Origin: an uncultured Erysipelotrichaceae bacterium
GTDB taxonomy: Bacteria > Bacillota_I > Bacilli_A > RF39 > UBA660
Reading direction: 5' to 3'
DNA: 64,000 nucleotides
NCBI GenBank assembly: GCA_902789425.1
Contig: CADANX010000001.1
Span: 80,206-144,205 of the forward strand
The position numbers and the translations under genes are program-made. Shown piece after piece: positions 61,267 to 64,000 of this stretch (its first letter is position 1; each line of letters starts with the position of its first letter). The notes beneath the pieces were generated by a model, which searched no databases, was not told the DNA's origin, and saw only the letters and a program-made list of their open reading frames with translations.

Positions 61267-62526
61267 ATGATGATGAGTAAAGAAGTATTTGAAAAATACG
61301 AATCAAACGTAAGAAGCTACTGCAGAAAATGGCCAGTAGTAATGAAATCAGCAAAAGGAAGTTATTATACTGATGTTGATGGAAAAAAATATATAGATTT
61401 TTTTGATGGAGCAGGTGCTTTAAACTATGGGCACAATCCAGATTTTATTAAAGAAAGAATTCTTGAATATATTGAAAGTGATGGTATAACACATTCACTT
61501 GATATGTTTGCAGATTCAAAAGAAAAATTCATTTCATATTTTGAAGAAAATTATTTAATACCAAAAGGATTAGAGTATAAAATAATGTTTACTGGTCCAA
61601 CTGGTACTAATTCAGTTGAAGCTGCATTAAAACTAGCAAGAAAAGTAACTGGTAGAAGCGAAGTTTGGGCATTTATGGGAGCATTCCATGGAATGAGTCT
61701 TGGTGCTTTATCACTAACAACTGAAAGATATGCAAGAGGTGGAGCAGGAGTTAAATTAACTGATGTGACTCATATACCAACTCCAGATTATATTGATGGA
61801 TTTGATACTATTAAATATATGAGAACTATATTAGATGATGATCATTCTGGTATAGAAAAACCAGCTGCTATTATAATTGAAACTGTTCAAGCAGAAGGCG
61901 GAATCAATGTTTTTAGTGTAGATTTCTTAAAAGAATTAAGAAAACTATGTGATGATTATGACATAATCTTAATAGTTGATGATGTACAAGTTGGATGTTC
62001 AAGAACTGGTACTTTCTTCTCATTTGAAAGAGCAGGTATAGTTCCGGATATGGTTTGTTTAAGTAAATCAATTGGTGGTTATGGACTTCCATTTGCACTT
62101 ACTTTAGTAAAAGAAGAATATGATAAATTTGGGCCTGGTGAACACAATGGTACATTTAGAGGTTCTCAAATTTCAATAGTTGCTGCTAAAGCAGGACTTG
62201 AATTAAATAAACTTGAAAAAGTAGATGAAAAAGTAAAAGAAAAAGAACAAATAGTTAAAGATTATTTAGAAAAAGAAATTAAACCGTTATTAGATGAAAA
62301 TGAAACATATAGAGGTATTGGTTTAATTTGGGGAATTTGTTTTAAAGATGGAAAATTATCTCGTGCAGTACTTGATAAATGCTTTGAAAAAGGATTAATC
62401 ATAGAACTTGCTGGTAGAGGTGATTCTGTTCTTAAAATATTACCATCTTTATTAATTGAAAATGAAACTTTATTAAAAGGACTTAATATAATTAAAGAAT
62501 CAATAATTGAAGTTAAAAATCAATAG
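61267..62526 (+). CDS. class-III PLP aminotransferase, diaminobutyrate--2-oxoglutarate transaminase (EctB/Dat)-like
   Basis: 'ESNVRSYCRKWPVV', 'GAGALNYGHNP', 'DDVQVGCSRTG' and 'LSKSIGG' (PLP-Lys). The start is one of three consecutive ATGs at 61267-61275. Confidence 0.7.
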   Translation: MMMSKEVFEKYESNVRSYCRKWPVVMKSAKGSYYTDVDGKKYIDFFDGAGALNYGHNPDFIKERILEYIESDGITHSLDMFADSKEKFISYFEENYLIPKGLEYKIMFTGPTGTNSVEAALKLARKVTGRSEVWAFMGAFHGMSLGALSLTTERYARGGAGVKLTDVTHIPTPDYIDGFDTIKYMRTILDDDHSGIEKPAAIIIETVQAEGGINVFSVDFLKELRKLCDDYDIILIVDDVQVGCSRTGTFFSFERAGIVPDMVCLSKSIGGYGLPFALTLVKEEYDKFGPGEHNGTFRGSQISIVAAKAGLELNKLEKVDEKVKEKEQIVKDYLEKEIKPLLDENETYRGIGLIWGICFKDGKLSRAVLDKCFEKGLIIELAGRGDSVLKILPSLLIENETLLKGLNIIKESIIEVKNQ

Positions 62527-62535
62527 GAGGTTTTT

Positions 62536-63882
62536 ATGAGATTTTATTTAGCACTTTGGGCAAGTAAATTTTATTTATTTATTAAAAAAATAATGGGACA
62601 GGGAAGAAGTGATAGAGCAGGATTACTTGCTGCTAAGATTTGTCCTGAAATTTTAACAAAAGTTAATAAACCAAAAACTGTTATTTTAGTAACAGGAACG
62701 AATGGTAAAACAACTGTTACACATCTTATTTATAATATTTTAAAAAGAGATGGTAAAAAAATTGGTTTTAATGATTGGAATGCAAATATGAGAGCGGGTC
62801 ATATAAGATGTTTAATTGATTCAGTTAATATCTTTAACAAACCTAATAAGGATGTTGCAATACTAGAATGTGATGAAATGACTAGTAATTTAACTGTTCC
62901 AGAAATTAAACCAGATTATGTAATAGTTACAAATATATGCCGTGATTCAATAAGAAGAAATTCTTATCCAGAATTTATATTTAATAAAATAAATGAAGGT
63001 GTTACTAAAAGTGGTTCAACTTTAATACTTAATGCAGATGATCCAATAAGTAGTTTCTTAGGAAAAAATAATAAAAAAATATTTGTATCAATAGATAAAT
63101 TTAATAAAGATGAAGTATATGAAAATATATCTCCAGATTTTAATGTATGTCCTGAATGTAATACACTTGTTAATTATGAATATAAACACTATAGACATAT
63201 TGGTAAATTTAAATGTCCAAATTGTAAATTAGAATCTTTTAAAGGTGATTATAAAGTTACAAAAGTATCAGAAAACACTTTTACTTTAAATGGTATAGAA
63301 TATCCAAAATTATCAGATAATTTATTTAATATTTATAATGAGTCACAAGTTATTGTTTTATTAAAACAACTTGGTTATGATTTTAAATTTATACAAAATG
63401 CTTTAGCTAATTCTAGTATTCCAAAATCTAGAGAGAATTTAGAAATAGAAAAAGATATTAAAATATATTCACAAATGGCTAAAGGACAAAATTCAAGTGC
63501 ACTTTCAACAGTACTTGAAAACTTATCAAAATTAAAAAACAAAAAACAAATAGTATTATTATTAGATGAGGTATATGAAGGTCTTGATGCGCAAGAAACA
63601 ATTACTTGGCTTTATGATAGTGACTTTGAATTATTAAATAAACTTAATTTAGAAAAGATAGTTGTCACTGGACCAAGATATCTTGATTACATTGTAAGAT
63701 TAAAACTTGCTGGTGTGAAAGAAAATAAAATAGAAGTATCACCAGATTATAAAGAAGCTTATAAACTTCTTAATTTAGATAAAAAATCAGATATATATGT
63801 TCTTTATGAAGTTGAAAGAAGACCTATGAGTCGTGAAGTTGTTGAAAGCCTTAAAGAACGTATAAGAAATGAGGTGGAATAA
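62536..63882 (+). CDS. murT: lipid II isoglutaminyl synthase, Mur-ligase-like subunit MurT
   Basis: Mur-ligase P-loop 'VTGTNGKTT', Cys ribbon 'CPECN...CPNC', and a DUF1727-like C-terminus. It is followed by a gatD-like gene. Confidence 0.8.
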   Translation: MRFYLALWASKFYLFIKKIMGQGRSDRAGLLAAKICPEILTKVNKPKTVILVTGTNGKTTVTHLIYNILKRDGKKIGFNDWNANMRAGHIRCLIDSVNIFNKPNKDVAILECDEMTSNLTVPEIKPDYVIVTNICRDSIRRNSYPEFIFNKINEGVTKSGSTLILNADDPISSFLGKNNKKIFVSIDKFNKDEVYENISPDFNVCPECNTLVNYEYKHYRHIGKFKCPNCKLESFKGDYKVTKVSENTFTLNGIEYPKLSDNLFNIYNESQVIVLLKQLGYDFKFIQNALANSSIPKSRENLEIEKDIKIYSQMAKGQNSSALSTVLENLSKLKNKKQIVLLLDEVYEGLDAQETITWLYDSDFELLNKLNLEKIVVTGPRYLDYIVRLKLAGVKENKIEVSPDYKEAYKLLNLDKKSDIYVLYEVERRPMSREVVESLKERIRNEVE

Positions 63883-64000
63883 TGAAAATAATCGAAGTTA
63901 TTTATCCTGAATTTCAAAATGTATATGCTGATTTATATCAAATAGAATTTTTAAAGAAATGTAATAAAAATATAAAAGTAGTTTATACATCATATAATGA
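63882..64000 (+). CDS. gatD: glutamine amidotransferase GatD (CobQ-like), N-terminal fragment running off the window
   Basis: 'MKIIEVIYPEFQNVYADLYQIEFL' matches the GatD N-terminal pattern ('LYPDLLNLYGD...'). The ATG overlaps the murT stop. Confidence 0.55.
   Translation, partial: MKIIEVIYPEFQNVYADLYQIEFLKKCNKNIKVVYTSYN

Overview
This is a visibly AT-rich, low-GC Firmicutes-type chromosome segment. It uses the standard genetic code (full-length housekeeping proteins, TGA used as stop). The organism is walled: FemAB-like, MurT/GatD, PBP5-like and M23/LysM genes are present. Gene order fits Bacilli or Erysipelotrichia, but I cannot fix the taxon from sequence alone.

Left part: rpoB 3' end, rpoC, tilS-ftsH, the str operon (rpsL-rpsG-fusA-tuf), a FemAB-family gene, eno, a CaCA exchanger, secG-rnr-smpB, an atypical kinase-like gene, and tmRNA (ssrA).

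Directly downstream of ssrA lies an accessory island of about 16 kb (roughly 20.8-37.2 kb). It starts with a large serine recombinase and a Mob_Pre (MOBV) relaxase with a candidate oriT. A perfect-consensus promoter then drives a tightly packed 10-gene operon:
- PHP phosphoesterase
- two DegT-type PLP enzymes
- a radical SAM enzyme
- a FemAB/GNAT-like protein
- an ASCH-APH kinase fusion
- a GNAT-glycosyltransferase fusion
- a nucleoside 2-deoxyribosyltransferase-family protein
- a class-I aaRS-like protein
- a MazG-like protein

An ABC-F ATPase and a second ASCH protein follow under their own promoter. I read this island as a mobilizable element carrying a cryptic pathway for a peptidyl-nucleoside antibiotic of the cytosine-nucleoside type, with ribosome-protection and kinase self-resistance. 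This reading is inference from motifs only.

Right part is core genome: zur-znuABC, a D-Ala-D-Ala carboxypeptidase, cdaA-cdaR, a UvrD-like helicase, two tandem paralogous small membrane proteins, parAB, mscS, a DUF951 gene, abgT, ychF, rpsF-ssb-rpsR, rplI-dnaB, an M23/LysM/G5 peptidase, an MBL hydrolase, rlmH, a diaminobutyrate-type aminotransferase, and murT-gatD.

I saw no rRNA, no complete tRNA, no CRISPR array and no phage structural genes. All calls come from reading the translated ORFs and the DNA by eye. No database search or numeric computation was run.
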